From contig NC_085842.1 of NCBI RefSeq assembly GCF_035594765.1, positions 277,249,749 to 277,313,748 on the forward strand: DNA of 64,000 nucleotides, written 5' to 3'. The notes under the pieces are model-generated. The model was not told the origin of the DNA and made no database searches. It worked only from the letters and a program-made list of their open reading frames with translations. The DNA comes from Anolis carolinensis (lineage: Eukaryota). Positions 24,303 to 37,189 of this stretch are shown here, one piece after another (the first letter of the stretch is position 1; the number at the start of each line of letters is the position of its first letter). The translations under genes and the position numbers were made by a program.

Positions 24303-27300
24303 GTAATTATCTTTCCTAGCATTTGGGTACCTGGGGATGGAAGAATTTAGACATGACACTGTTCTTGCAGACAGTTAAAAAGGAGCTGAAGTGTTTTTAG
24401 TCCAGAAAATTGAACAGAGCTGTTTATCATCCTAATAATGCCAGTGTGTGTTGTAAGAAGCGATAGAGTACTATAAATCCTTTACCTTTTTTTTTGTCCA
24501 GAGCTGGGTCATTTTTTTCTTCCTTCTTCAGAACAAAAATAATTCAGCTTGTCTGGAACTTGATAGCTGTTGTGAAGATAAGTGTAGTGACAACTGCTTT
24601 TGAAGGACAAAAATTTGTCCTGTCTTGAGTATTACAAATAGGGCTGCAGTTACTTGTGGGAGCAATGTTGTAAAAATAGAAACACCATAGTGTTTGAAGG
24701 TGGTCTATTGCCATCTATAATTTTCTGGGAATTACTTGGCAGAAGAATGTTTGATGTGTGGTGTACTCTGTATGATATTTAAATAATCACAATTCTTAAA
24801 GGCCACTTACAGATGGATTTGGGATTGGTATTGTGTGGCCCAGCATCAACCGAAAAGGTCTACGGTCGCTCTTTCAGCTCTTGCTAGTGTTGCTCAGTTC
24901 CTAGGTTGCTGGTCAGGTTGAGGACCGCCACCACAGTAAATAACAGCTAGTTTATACAGTATATTGAAGTAAGCAATAGGACTGCAAGGCTGTCCCTAGA
25001 GGAGAGGGAAAAGGCACAGAGAGGAAATTAGAATGACCTTGGAAGAGAGAAGCAATGGCATGAGCTGGCAAAGCTGGTTCTGGAAATAAAAGTGCAGCAA
25101 GATAAATGCTTTATGAAAAAGTTCAAAACGAGAGAATTCAGGCTGTGAGCTATTCAGATTTTTTAAAGCACTTCATATTAAATATAGAAAACGTTGACCT
25201 TCATAAATGTTCTTGTACTCTTGTTGTAATAAAGCATTGGCTTTTTTTTGAAGGCAGGAGGGAAAATACATCTTAATTTATGCCCATGACCTTTATTGCT
25301 AGTAGAGATGTACAATTCTAGACCATTGTAAGAATTTGTAGGCAGACAACCAGCAAACGTTTGAATTGCCAGCAAAATTGCTGTGATTAGTTCAGTCCTT
25401 CGAACAATTAAAAGTTATGTTTTGAAAGATTTAAATACAAACATTTCTTTATTTTCTCACATGACAGTAAGAGGACACAAGCATTAAACCTCTCAATACA
25501 CATCTAAATGATTTTGCTAAAAGCTCTAGTGTTGGAATTATGTCATCCTAAATTTCCCTTGTACAAAGCCAAGTGTTTTCCTTTTTATGTCTAAGTTGTG
25601 TGTGCATGTCTGGTACTGCAATGTATGATTTTTTATGAAGGTCAGTCATGTAGGTCTAGTTAACTTGTATATTAACTCAAAAACATTTGTTCTCTGATAA
25701 ATGCAGGTCTGCTATCTATCTATATTTTCCTACACATGTCCATATTTCTTTATAATTACAGCTTATTAAGCAGAGGTATCTAGAAGTTTGTATATGCATG
25801 AAACTATTAATAGCTGTAATCTTTCAAATGCGTGCACTTTAGTGTTTCATTTAAATAAAATCCAGTTTGATGACTATTCGTCTTATTCTGTTGCTGCTGA
25901 AGAATCAATAAAGGTGATTATTACTGTGGAAAATACATGACAAGCAAAACATATTAAGTTAAAAACGAAACTTATTATGACAATCTCCATCAGAATTTAA
26001 TATTTGACCATCTGAATCAGATGCTTTTATTCAATGAAATTTTATGCATAATTTCCAAAACCAAATAAGTTTGTTGGCATAAATGATGTATGAATGTAGT
26101 GTTTTTTCCTTATGTGAAAAATACTTGAATTGAAAATTTATAGTTAATTCCTATTTAATTTTAATATGTGTCAATGTATATATATATATGTCATGATATA
26201 GTTCAATGGAAAGAATTTATACAGGATTATTTTGCCAAGCATGCAAGCATTCATGAACTAGATGTTGTATTTTTTTTGGATTTGAACATTCACAGAATTT
26301 TTAAAGGGTTTTTTAAATTGAATATGTGAAATGAGTTTTAATTCTCTCTACCTCAGACTGGAGAGTATTCATATGGATGGTTCAGGTCTTCTAAGTGTGT
26401 GTATAATACAGTTTTGAGAGAAAACAAATATAAATTCTACAGCGCTGATTGATGCTGACCTCTAGCTCTCATTACTTTTCTGTTTTCTCATTTGGTAAAA
26501 TAGCAAAGTAAGGTCAGCAGGTCCTCTTATAGAATAAAAGTCAAAAGATTAATAAATGTGCCAAAGCCTCACTTTAATTGAAGCTGAAGCATATGTTGCA
26601 AGCATATAAAATATGTCCCAGATGTTTGACCATGCCATGTAACTTAGTTTTCCCCGATTACCACAAGGCAACTATTAGTCCAGTAACCTTTGGACTTGGG
26701 GGTAAATGGGGTATTACATGGCAGACAACTAAAGCACCTGTTTTCCATTCAATAAAGATCTCTGGCAGGCTTTACTTAAGCTGCTCCATATGTTTTCACT
26801 TAGCAGATTGTTAGGCGATTATGAAAAGTGTCTGTCTTCAGAACTGGTGTAGATATTAGCCACTTACTCACAATGAATGGATAACTTATTGACTACTTCT
26901 ACAAAACCTGTGTGGGCACTCGCTAACGTATTGTAGACAGGTTTTCATTCTTCACAGATACTCCCCCTTCAGAAAACTTTCAGGTACATACACAGAAAAA
27001 TTAATAATCCTATAATATTTTTCTATTAATGCTCCCATCTAGTAGTGTCTATGTTGTTATTTTTATTGTTAACTGCTGTCAAGTCAACTTTGACTTATGG
27101 CGACCTCCAGATCACCCTATCATCCACAGCCCTGCTCAGTTCAAGTCTAGGAGCTATTCTAGATTTTCTTTAGGCTTATGAAATATTGGTCTAATTAAGT
27201 CTTGCTCACTGAAAAGTATTATCCATGTTACATAGTTCAGACCTGCTTCTTGACTTTCATCAATTTATGCACCTTGCAGTATGTATTTTCAAGATTTTTT

Positions 27301-27509
27301 TTCAGCTGAAATCATGAAACTAAATGGATTTAAAATGTATAGGTTACTTGTTTGCTGCTATCCTATTTTTAATTCACTCAATGTTGGGTAAAGATTTAGA
27401 CGAAGAACTCAAATTAACATTCAGAATTAATCACTGCTGACAATGTTGTAAAATTCAGTTTCTAAAAGATTATGGTTTTTGCCACTTGTTCTGCAAACTG
27501 CTCTGCTAG

Positions 27510-28670
27510 CTTAACAGCATCCACCCAAACATCCAATTCACCATTGAAAAAGAAAAGGAAGGAAAACTGCCATTTCTAGATGTTTTGGTCATCTGCAAAC
27601 CCAATCAACAATTGGGCCACACAGTTTACAGAAAACCTACACACACAGATAGATACCTTCATAAAAATTCCAACCATCACCCAAGTCAAAAAAGAAGCAC
27701 AATCAAAGTCCTGACAGACCGTGCACAAAGAATCTGCGAACCTCACCTCCTCCAAGGTGAACTAAACCACCTAAACTGGGCTCTACAGGCCAATGGATAT
27801 TCCACCACAGATATCAGAAGAGCTGCAAGGCCAAGAATGAGAGTCAAGACAAAGATCCACCCAGAGGAAAGGTGTTCTAACCATACATCAAGGGAACCAC
27901 TGACCGCATAGGCAAACTGATGAAGAAGCACAACCTACAGACTATCTACAGACCCACAAAGAAAATCCAACAAATGCTATGGTCAGCGAAAGACTAGCGG
28001 GATCCTCTCTCCTCTGTAGGAGTCTACCGGATACCATGCAGCTGTGGACAAGTTTACATAGGGACCACCAAACGCAGCGCCAAAACAAGAGTCAAAGAAC
28101 ATGAAAGGCACTGCAGATTAATTCAACCAGAGAAAACAGCCATAGCAGAGCACTTGATGAACCAACCTGGACACAGTATATTATTTGAGAACACAGAAAT
28201 GCTGGACCACTCCAACAACTATCATGTCAGACTACACAGAGAAGCCATTGAAATCCACAAGCATGTGAACAACTTCAACAGAAAGGAGGAAACCATGAAA
28301 ATGAACAAAATCTGGCTACCAGTATTAAAAAACTCTAAAATCAAAACAGTAGATGGGAACCAACACTCTGAGGGCAGAGGAGACCCAAGGACGCTAATGA
28401 CTGAACAAAGGATACCCCCCAGGCAAGAGACACAACCTTTCCAATGCTAATTAGGGTGATTAACTGAAACATTAATGCTGGCTTCCCAGTGACAAAGGAC
28501 TCTTGCCACGCCCTGGACTCTCCACAGATATATATATATTTTTTCCTTTCCTTGCCTAGTTTATCCATGCCACACATCCTCTGAGGATGCCTGCCATAGA
28601 TGTGGGCGAAACGTCAGGAGAGAATACTTCTGGAACATGGCCACACAGCCCGAAAGACATACAACAACCC
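27510..28670 (+). mobile_element. 5'-truncated Penelope-like retroelement (RT C-terminus, GIY-YIG endonuclease, pseudo-LTR)
   Basis: LNSIHPNIQFT...LPFLDVLV...VYRKPTHTDRYL; GVYRIPCSCGQVYIGTTKR GIY-YIG motif at about 28019-28075; one frameshift and one stop; flanking repeat ctgctctgctagct (27498-27511, 28670-28683). Confidence 0.95.
28577..28619 (+). ncRNA. minimal type I hammerhead ribozyme motif in Penelope pseudo-LTR
   Basis: helix I tcct/agga; CTGAGGA 28581-28587; extra T; helix II gcctgc/gtgggc; GAAA 28608-28611; CGTC with predicted cleavage after C28615. Confidence 0.85.
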
Positions 28671-29574
28671 TGCTCTGCTAGCTGTGCTGAAGTTTGTGGT
28701 TTGTTAATATGGGAAAAGTGATATTATGAGTTTCAGATCTTTTTGTTTGAATAGGTATGCCTGCCATATTGTTTGCTGAAAATTGTCAAAGCAGTTGCTT
28801 TGTATGGAGAGGACTATCGCAAAATTGTTGATTGTATGGGAAACTGCTGCCCTCATTTCTTCCCTTTGTAGACATTTTTACTTTAAAAGGAGAGGGAAAT
28901 TATTTTCCTTCCCTGTGTTCTCTGCCACTATATTGCAGTGTTTCTTACTATGACTCATATCCACTGTCACCAATACTTCAAAAATATTCCCATAGCCTTG
29001 TACCTTAAGCATGAGATGACACCACCCTGAATCCAAACTGTTAGTGGAAACTTTATTGTACAGAATATAAATTGGTTCTTTACACTAAAATAAATATTGG
29101 GAAATACCCTGAAACTTCCAGGAAGAGAATGCTGCTGTTTTAACCTCATAACAATTTCTTTCATTTAGTCCAAATTCCTCGAATTCACCCTAGAAAATGT
29201 CACTTCTAGCCAATCAAAAATTAAAGCCTTTCATACAAATCAGAATAGATTTACCTGGTCAAACCCCATCTTGGAATTTAAAATTATTCTTCCCTGGTGT
29301 CACTAAGGAACTATTTATTTATTTATTTATTCATTTCTATCCTGCCCTTCTCACCCGAAGGGTCTCAGGGCGGCTCACAGTCTGGCAAAATTCAATTCCA
29401 ATATACAATACAAGAAGATAAAACATAAGCAATTAAAACAATTAGATAATTTAACAAAGTACAATAAAAAGATTTAAAACAATACAATATAAAATACTTG
29501 AGCCATTCGTCCACAAGACCTTGTGCATGAACCTTAATCCGGACCGGGTCAAAGCCAACAAAATTCACTCATCA

Positions 29575-32500
29575 AATGCTTGACACAAAGCCAAGTCTTT
29601 ACTTTTTTCCTAAAACTCAGAAGGGATGGAGCCTGCCAGATATCACTGGGGAGAGAGTTCCACAGCTGAGGAGCTGCCACTGAGAAGGCCCTGTCTCTCG
29701 TCCCCACCAGCTGCACTTGTGAGGCAGGTGGGACCAAGAGCAGGGTCTCCCTAGATGATCTTAAAGTTCTCGTAGGCTCATAGGAGGAGATACGTTCGGA
29801 CAGGTAAGTTGGACCAGAACCATTTAGGGCTTTGTAAGCCAAGACCAGCAATTTGAATTGGGCCCGGTAGCATATTGACAGCCAGTGGAGCTGGCTTAAC
29901 AGGGGAGTAGTACGCTCCCTGTATGCCACTCCAGTTATCAATCTGGCTGCTGCCCGTTGTACTAGTTGGAGCTTCCAGGCCATCTTCAAAGGCAGCCCCA
30001 CGTAGAGCACATTGTAGTAATCCACGGGATGTAACCAGAGCATGGATCACCGTGGCCGAGTCAGACTTCCTAAGGTACGGGTGCAGCTGGCGCACAAGTC
30101 TGAGTTGTGCAAATGCTCCCCTGGCCACCGCTGAAACCTGGGGTTCCAGGCTCTGCGATGAGTCCAGAAGAACACCCAAACTGCGAACCTGTGTCTTCAG
30201 GGGGAGTGCGACCTCGTCCAACACAGGCTGTAACCCTATACCCTGTTCGGCCCTGCGACTAACCAAGAGGACCTCTGCCTTGTCTGGATTCAATTTCAAT
30301 TTGTTTGCCCTCATCCAGTCCGACACAGCAGCAAGACGCCGGTTCAGGACTTGAACAGCCTCCTTAGTGACAGGTGGAAAGGAGTGACAGAGCTAGACAT
30401 AATCTGCATACAGATGACACCTCACCCCGAAACTCCGGATGATCTCTCCCAACGGCTTCATGTATATGTTGAACAACATGGGGGACAGTACTGACCCCTG
30501 CGGGACCCCACAAGACAATGGTTGTGGGGTCGAGCAGGTGTCCCCCAATGACACCATCTGGGACCGCCCCTCCAGGAAGGACCAGAGCCACTGCAAAACA
30601 GTACCTCTGAGACCCATCGCGGCAAGGCACCCCAGAAGGATACCGTGATCGACGCTATTGAAGGCCACTGAGAGGTCCAGCAGAACCAGCAGGGACACAC
30701 TCCCCCTGTCCAGTTCCTGGCGTAGATCATCGAGTAACGTGACCAAGACTATCTCGGTACCATGTCCTGGCCTGAAGCCAGACTGTACTGGATCTAGAAA
30801 ATCAGTGTCTACCAAGAATGCCTGGAGTTGTGCGGCCACCACACGTTCCACGACCTTGCCCAAAAAGGGGAGATTGGAAATGGGCCGAAAGTTGTCCAAT
30901 TGAGTGGGGTCCAGTGATGGCTTCTTCAACAGCGGTTTGATCACCACCAATTTAAAGCTCACTGGAAAAATGCCTTCCTGAAGGGAGGCATTCACCACCA
31001 CCTTCACCCACTCAGCCATAACCCCTCTGACTTCCTTTATCAGCCAGAATCTGTAGGCATCTAGGATGCATGTGGTAGCCCTCACCTCTCCAAGCACCTT
31101 GTCCACATCCTCAGGCTGAACCAATGGAAAAGAATCCATCAAAATAGGACAAGCAGGTGCTCATGTTACATCCTCGGAGACTGCCGTTAATATGGTGTCA
31201 AAGCCGGAGTGGATCGGAGCAACTTTGTCTGCAAAGAATCAAGCAAATGCTTCGCAGCGGGTGTGATGACTCATGGGCCTTGTAGTCCTGTTCCTAGTAC
31301 TATTGTGGCAGACGAAGAGGAAAACATGGGGTTTTCGCCGGTTCAGCAAGAGCCGGAGTCTCTTCACCTGCAGGATGTTGATGTTTGCCCTCAAGAATTC
31401 AGCCAAACAGGCCTTGGGCAGAACTCCCCTCCGTTTCCCAGGAGGGAAATTTATTCTAAAGACAGGGGAGTCAGGGAGGCTAATCGGAGAAGCCTGAGAA
31501 TCGCTGCCAAACAAATGGCTGATTAAGTCTGCTTCCCTTGGGAAATTCTAAGGAGTCTTGCATCTGGACAGAGTTGGGTTTCGTTTCCCGTTCTCTAGGG
31601 AAAGAGTTCTGTTGGCGGGAAAACGAGACCCAATATAGGTGTTTGTCGCGAGGGATTCTTTGCGGAGTCAATTGATCAGCTTGAGGAGAGAGATCGTGTG
31701 TGGACTTCGTAATCCCAGTTCCTTGCTTCCCGGATCAAGCTTCAAGCCTTGCCCTGTCTCACGGTTTTACCACGGACTCTGTTTCATGCTTCATGTTTGC
31801 CTTGTCTCCAGTCACGGATCTAGCCAAGAATCAAGTTTATTTCCAGCCTTGTTGTCAAGCTTCATTGGACTCTAAGACTCTGTTATTTCCCCACACTATT
31901 GCTTGGCAAAGTGTGTGTTTCGGTCAAGTGGATTAAAACTTTGAACTCTAATATCATTTATTGGACAATATATTTTTGGACTATATTTGACCTCATTTGA
32001 AAGGTCTGCTTCTGAACTATATTCTTCACTTGTTTTTATTGATTTTATATATTTCTTTAATAAAGATATTAGATAGAGACTGGCCTCTGTGTAAGGTTAT
32101 TGGTGCTCTGCTGCCAGGGTTCTGACAGCGGGCTGCCAAGTTGTCAGGGATCCCATCTTGGGTGATGGGATTTAACAGTCCTCTGACAACTTGAAACAGC
32201 TCCACCAGACAATTTTTTGCGGACGCAATATTAGCTGCAAAGAAAACATTCTTTGCAGCATCTATTGCTGCGGCATATGCAGGTAGGCTGTAGGTACACA
32301 GCCGTGTTCGGTCTGATTCGTTCTGCTTTGAACACCACACACGCTCTAGTTCCCTCCTCTTTCGCTTCATCGCTGCCAACTCCTCAGTGAACCAAGGAGA
32401 TGGTTTAGCTTGGGTACTTGAGACTTTCCGGAGCGATCGTGTCTATTGCCCTGGCCACCTCCCCATTCCAGAGAGAGACCAGGGCATCAGCAGGATCACC

Positions 32501-33437
32501 AACCGAGGTGGCGGGAAACTCCCCAAGAGCTGTCAGGTCAGGAATCCCTCTGGATCCATAAGCCTCCTGGGACGGACCATCTTAATAGATCCCCCACCCC
32601 TGCAGAGGTTACAAGGTGCAGCAAGTCTAAACCTGATCAGGTGGTGGTAGGTCCATGGCAAAGGAGCGATGGTAAACTCCTCCACACCACCACCTTCCTC
32701 CCATCCCTGGTAGAAAACGAAGTCAAGTGTGTGCCCTGCTCTGTTGGTGGGACCAGATACCAATTGAGACTGCCCCATGGTGACCATGAAGTCCTGAGCT
32801 GCGCCAGTCAGGATGGTCTCAGCATGGACATTGAAGACTAAAAGCCGCTGGGACTCCAACGCCAGGCCCGAGACCACCCCTGCTATCTCAGGTAGGGAGA
32901 CTGTAGTGCAGCAGAGTGGTCGGTACACTAACAGAATCCCTAATCTGTCCCAGTCACCCACCCTCAGGTTGACTGCGTAATAGGGCACCTGGTCAGGGGA
33001 ATAGACTCCTCATAGACCACTGCAACACCGCCTTCCCTTCCTCCAGATCTTGGTTGGTGCTGCACGGAGTACCCAGGAGGACAGAGTTGGGTGAGATTAA
33101 CCCCACCCGCCTCATCCAACCAGGTCTCCGTTATGTACGCCAGGCCTTCCCATTCATCCAAGATGAGGTCTTGGATGATTGCTATTTTTCCATTTACAGA
33201 CCTGGCATTCAAGAACACCACCTTTAATCCGGAGGAACCGCCAACCTAAGTATCCAAGTTTACCACATCAGGAGGCTGTTTTAAATCTACAAGAAATCTC
33301 TTCCTCTCCCTAGGCCGAATCAGTTTTGGCCTCTCTTTCCCTTATCTCCCCCTCCCCTGAATTACCTCTATGGGGGCCCTTTGGCTAGTGGACACCCCCC
33401 CTCCCCCTACATGGTCCCTCTCCCCTTCTTCCGTCAT
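29575..33437 (-). pseudogene. L2 ORF2 (APE endonuclease plus reverse transcriptase), disrupted
   Basis: ORF-track pieces 32964-33221, 32533-32988, 32026-32379, 30393-31142, 29778-30326 and 29549-30043 are collinear parts of one protein; ends approximate. Confidence 0.9.
31262..32127 (+). mobile_element. solo LTR (866 bp), Gypsy/BEL-like
   Basis: TGTGA...TGACA termini; perfect 5-bp TSD gcggg (31257-31261, 32128-32132); AATAAA at about 32059; L2 ORF2 resumes on both sides. Confidence 0.92.
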
Positions 33438-35483
33438 TGAACTGGCACTAGCTTTCAGGTGTAAACCAAATCCCTGTTTAAATTGTATCTCACTCCACTC
33501 TCCTTTGGGTGCAGCTCTTTCCCCACTTCCCCCACTTGCGAGTTACTAATGTAAAGTGCACTAGGAAGTTCTTTAAGTCCCTCCCTTCTTGTTTGTTCCC
33601 GAAAGTGCAAACTGCTAAGGGTGGGGATCCAGTTCATGAGTTGTTAAAATAGAATCACTGGGGTGGGGGAGGTAGAACAACAAACTAAGGGACAGTAATA
33701 AAATCACAATTAAAGCGCCAGAAGCTTTAGCTCTTACTGTAGCGTTATACAGTTCTTTAAGTGATAAAGTGATTTTGCGCTTCGACATAACCCTGGTCAG
33801 AATATGGCTATTCTGTAAGTCAATAATAAGGCACATAATAAGGCACACCTTCCCCAAGCCTCTTAGGCAACCCACCCCAACCCCCCACTCATGGCTCCAA
33901 ATTGATAGGTTAAACACAGTTCATACCAGCATGGAAAAGTTCATCATAGAATGTTAAAACAGTTAATTATAACAGCTAGATAAAGTGCTTAGTCCAGATG
34001 GTAGTCAATAAAGTGATAGCAGTGCATCTCTAGATGGAGCAGGACGCTAGATCAGTCTAGTGGAAGGTTGGGTGGGGAGACCACACACAAGCCCCTTCAT
34101 TCTAGGTGGATTAGCAGTCTAGGTGGATTAACAGGCTGACTCATCAAACAGCAGGGCCAAAGATGTAGTCTTATGTAGGATCTCTGCCCGGCTCAGTTGG
34201 AGGCCCCAGATCTTGATATTTCACTTGGGCCCAGAAAGAACTCCCAGAAAGGTATGGGATGATATGGGGACGATGGTATAGTCCTTATAAACATTCTGAC
34301 GGCTAGATGTAGCGCGGACAGGGAATTCTCACTGCAGCATCTCCTCACAGCCTCTGCTCTAATTTATTTCTCTGGCCTCTGTGCTGCAGCCTGGCTCTGC
34401 AGCTACCTCCCGGTCCAGTGAGGTGGCCTAATGAGGATCATAGTGGGTCCGGTGGATCTGTTCGATGAAAGACCATGGCCAAAGGAGGTCGCCTCCCGGT
34501 CCGGCGAGGTGGCCCCTCAAGGGCAGCGGCGACGGTAGTCCCTGGTGGAGGCCACTTCCCGGTCCGGTGAGGCGGCCTCTCAAGAGCAACGTCAGTAAAT
34601 TCCCAGTGGAGGCTGCCAAGAAAGAGGGAGGGACAGCCGCAAGCTGGATAATGGTGGCTGCAAGAATAGCTCCCAATCCTCTTCCTCCTTTCTTCCTCCT
34701 CTCGAAGGTCAAACTTGCTGCCCCGGTGCGGCAGCAGCAACAGAGAGGGAAGCAATCACAGGGGGGTAGCGGGTGGAGAAGGGACAGCAGAATGGCGAAA
34801 TGGTCACGCGGCAAAATTGAAAGAGGCCCTTGGCTTGGCCTACTTGCTAGCACCAACTTGGAGGCCGCTTGAAGGCCGCACGTGCTGCACGAATGCCGCT
34901 TGGGCCACTAGAAGGCCCTCCAGAGAAGCCTCTCCCGGCGCTGGAGTTAGGAAGAGCTGGGGACAGCCTTAAAGCCCTCCAACTAACAGAGCTGCAAGGC
35001 TGCGGCAGCTAGGACCCAGGGGTTTGCGGAGAGAGAGAAAAGAGGCCGGCATTATGGAGTGGTGACCACGCGACTGCTCCTCGATCCTCTTCTTCCTCCT
35101 GCAGCCCATACAATTCAGCCTGGCAAAAGAGCCACCCCTTGGCTCGGCAGAGTGGCAAACTAATTCTCTTCTCTTCTCCCCGGTCTGGTGGGGGGGGGGG
35201 GGGAGAGAAACAACAAACACAATCTAAAAATATTAGAGAAGGGAGGGGAGACGAGGGAGCAGCCGCAGTGTTGGAAATGGCTCCCTCCTAAGCTTCCTCC
35301 TGCTTCCTTCTTTTCACCGCTTGAAACCAGTGAGCGAACCCACTGGGACCTTGCCTGGAGCAGTACCCTAGCTCCCCAGATACACAGACAGGAGTCAGGG
35401 GAGTTGGAAAGGCCAGACGGCCTGGAAAGATGTAAGTTTCCAAACTTTGAGCTTGCGGAACCCATCACAGCTCCTGCTGCCTA

Positions 35484-35495
35484 GCCGCCATCTTG
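35484..35495 (-). promoter_or_regulatory. YY1-type motif at the inferred LINE 5' end
   Basis: CAAGATGGCGGC on the minus strand at the GC-rich to AT-rich boundary. Confidence 0.6.
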
Positions 35496-36413
35496 TATGC
35501 TATTAATACACAGACTTGCAACTTCACAATAACACACAACATAAACATAGATTAATGCCTGTGGTGTTTCTCCATTACTAGGATCCATGACTTGGTAGAG
35601 AGGAGGAGATCGGCAATATCAGGGAGTAAAAGAAAACTAAGAAACTGTTTGGTTTCTATAGTCCGTTGGTCAAAAGAACTTACTTTTGTAATTTTGGCTT
35701 TTCCCAAGACATGCTTGAAGTGGTGCTAATTATACTTAAAAGGCAATCAACAAATAACGAGGCATGTGTCTTCACAAATTTTACTACAATATTTCTAGGG
35801 ACTGTCATTCTTAGTTTTTTAAAAGCTGCCTTTCCTGTTAAATGCAAAATTAGCCATATTAACATTTTCTTTAAAGTGTTAATAATTGGAAATCATTCTA
35901 AGCATCACTTGCAAAAGCAGTCTTAATCCATCATCATGCAGCAAGCATTTCTGATCTCACATCAGGGCAATTGACATCAAAAGCAGCACTGTATGGTTCT
36001 GAATTAAATTGCGGTAACCATTCTGAGTTCGGCATTGAGAAGATCACATTTGGACTTGTGTTAGTCTCTTTGGGACTAAGGGTTTGCAAACTATTGAATA
36101 AATTAGTCTCATTCATGCCAGTGGGTTTTTCACTCCTTTTCAGAATAGTGTAGATAACGGTAATCCTTGTATTAGGTAATCCAGATATAATAGAAGTCAT
36201 GATGAAGGCAATGTTTCTACTTTATTAACTGTGCAGGAGAAGATTGAGGTTTTTTTAAAAGATTTTTTTCATGATAATTAAAATCCCTCTCAATGAATAC
36301 ATATTTCAGTCGTGTGAGAGAGGGCACATGATTACTCACACAAAATATAACAATACAAAATGTACTTCAAAAATATTCCCGTAGCCTTGTACCTTAAACA
36401 TGAGATGACACCA

Positions 36414-36561
36414 TATTTATATGTGTATTTATGAATGTTTTAATGTAATCAAATTTTTAAATTGAATTAAAATGTTATTGTAATTGTTTATATATGCATT
36501 TTATATTGTAAGCCGCCCTGAGTCCCCTCATTGGGTGAGAAGGGCGGGGTAGAAATGCTGC

Positions 36562-36590
<29 letters not shown>
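36414..36590 (+). mobile_element. L2-type 3' tail fragment
   Basis: tgtaagccgccctgagtcccc...gggcggggtagaaat followed by (aaat)n. Confidence 0.8.
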
Positions 36591-36592
<2 letters not shown>

Positions 36593-37189
36593 CAATGTAT
36601 ATTTCTGCATCTAGGATTATTTTATGTATATTAGGTTAAACCTGTCATTAATTGTCCCTCCAAATTGAGATAAAACATTTTGAAGCAAAGCATTTGAAAT
36701 AAAGGTAAAGGGAATATTAGTGGAAAAAGCTTTCAGACCAATCCTCTGTTCATCACTACTCACTATGTATTTTCCTGATTACAGGAGTAAGCATTACTTC
36801 AACAAATGTCTAGCATTGGATGGCTGTGTGTGTAGTGTTGGGCATGTAGGGAATAATCACGTCCTGGTTGAGGTGACAGAATTGTTTCCTCAGCAAAGGG
36901 AAATACACCTCCATATTCAATAGCTAATTATCTGAAACAATGATATTTAGGAGTTGCCTCATCTACCAGCCATGAACTCTGACTTTATGAAAGGCAGCAA
37001 GAGAGTCAAAGGAAAATTCCTTGGAAGTGTGATTAATACATTCCACAATATATTTTTGATCACTTGTGTTGTGAAAAATAATGCTTTAAATACCAAATAC
37101 TTTCCTACTGTGCTAGTTTGCCATTGGCTGTATTTGTGTGCCATGCTAATGAAAGATTTAGGCCTAAATTCTATTGTTAATCCAAACTA

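Larger units (their letters stand above)
29312..35495 (-). mobile_element. probably full-length, inactivated L2-clade LINE interrupted by a solo LTR
   Basis: APE motifs (LNARS, ITETWL, GHTLD), RT motifs (QSGFR, GVPQGSVLSP, YAD with second Asp lost), (taaa)n tail at 29312, GC-rich 5' region beginning CAAGATGGCGGC. Confidence 0.92.

Noticed and set aside
33615-33720. 2A-like ribosomal skipping peptide before L2 ORF2
   Set aside because: The hydrophobic run is not followed by D(V/I)ExNPGP
34428-35484. Overlapping ORFs in several frames as independent genes
   Set aside because: GC-rich LINE 5' sequence is poor in stop codons in all frames
35350-35495. HDV-like ribozyme at the L2 5' end
   Set aside because: I could not build the nested double pseudoknot by eye; a descriptor search would be needed
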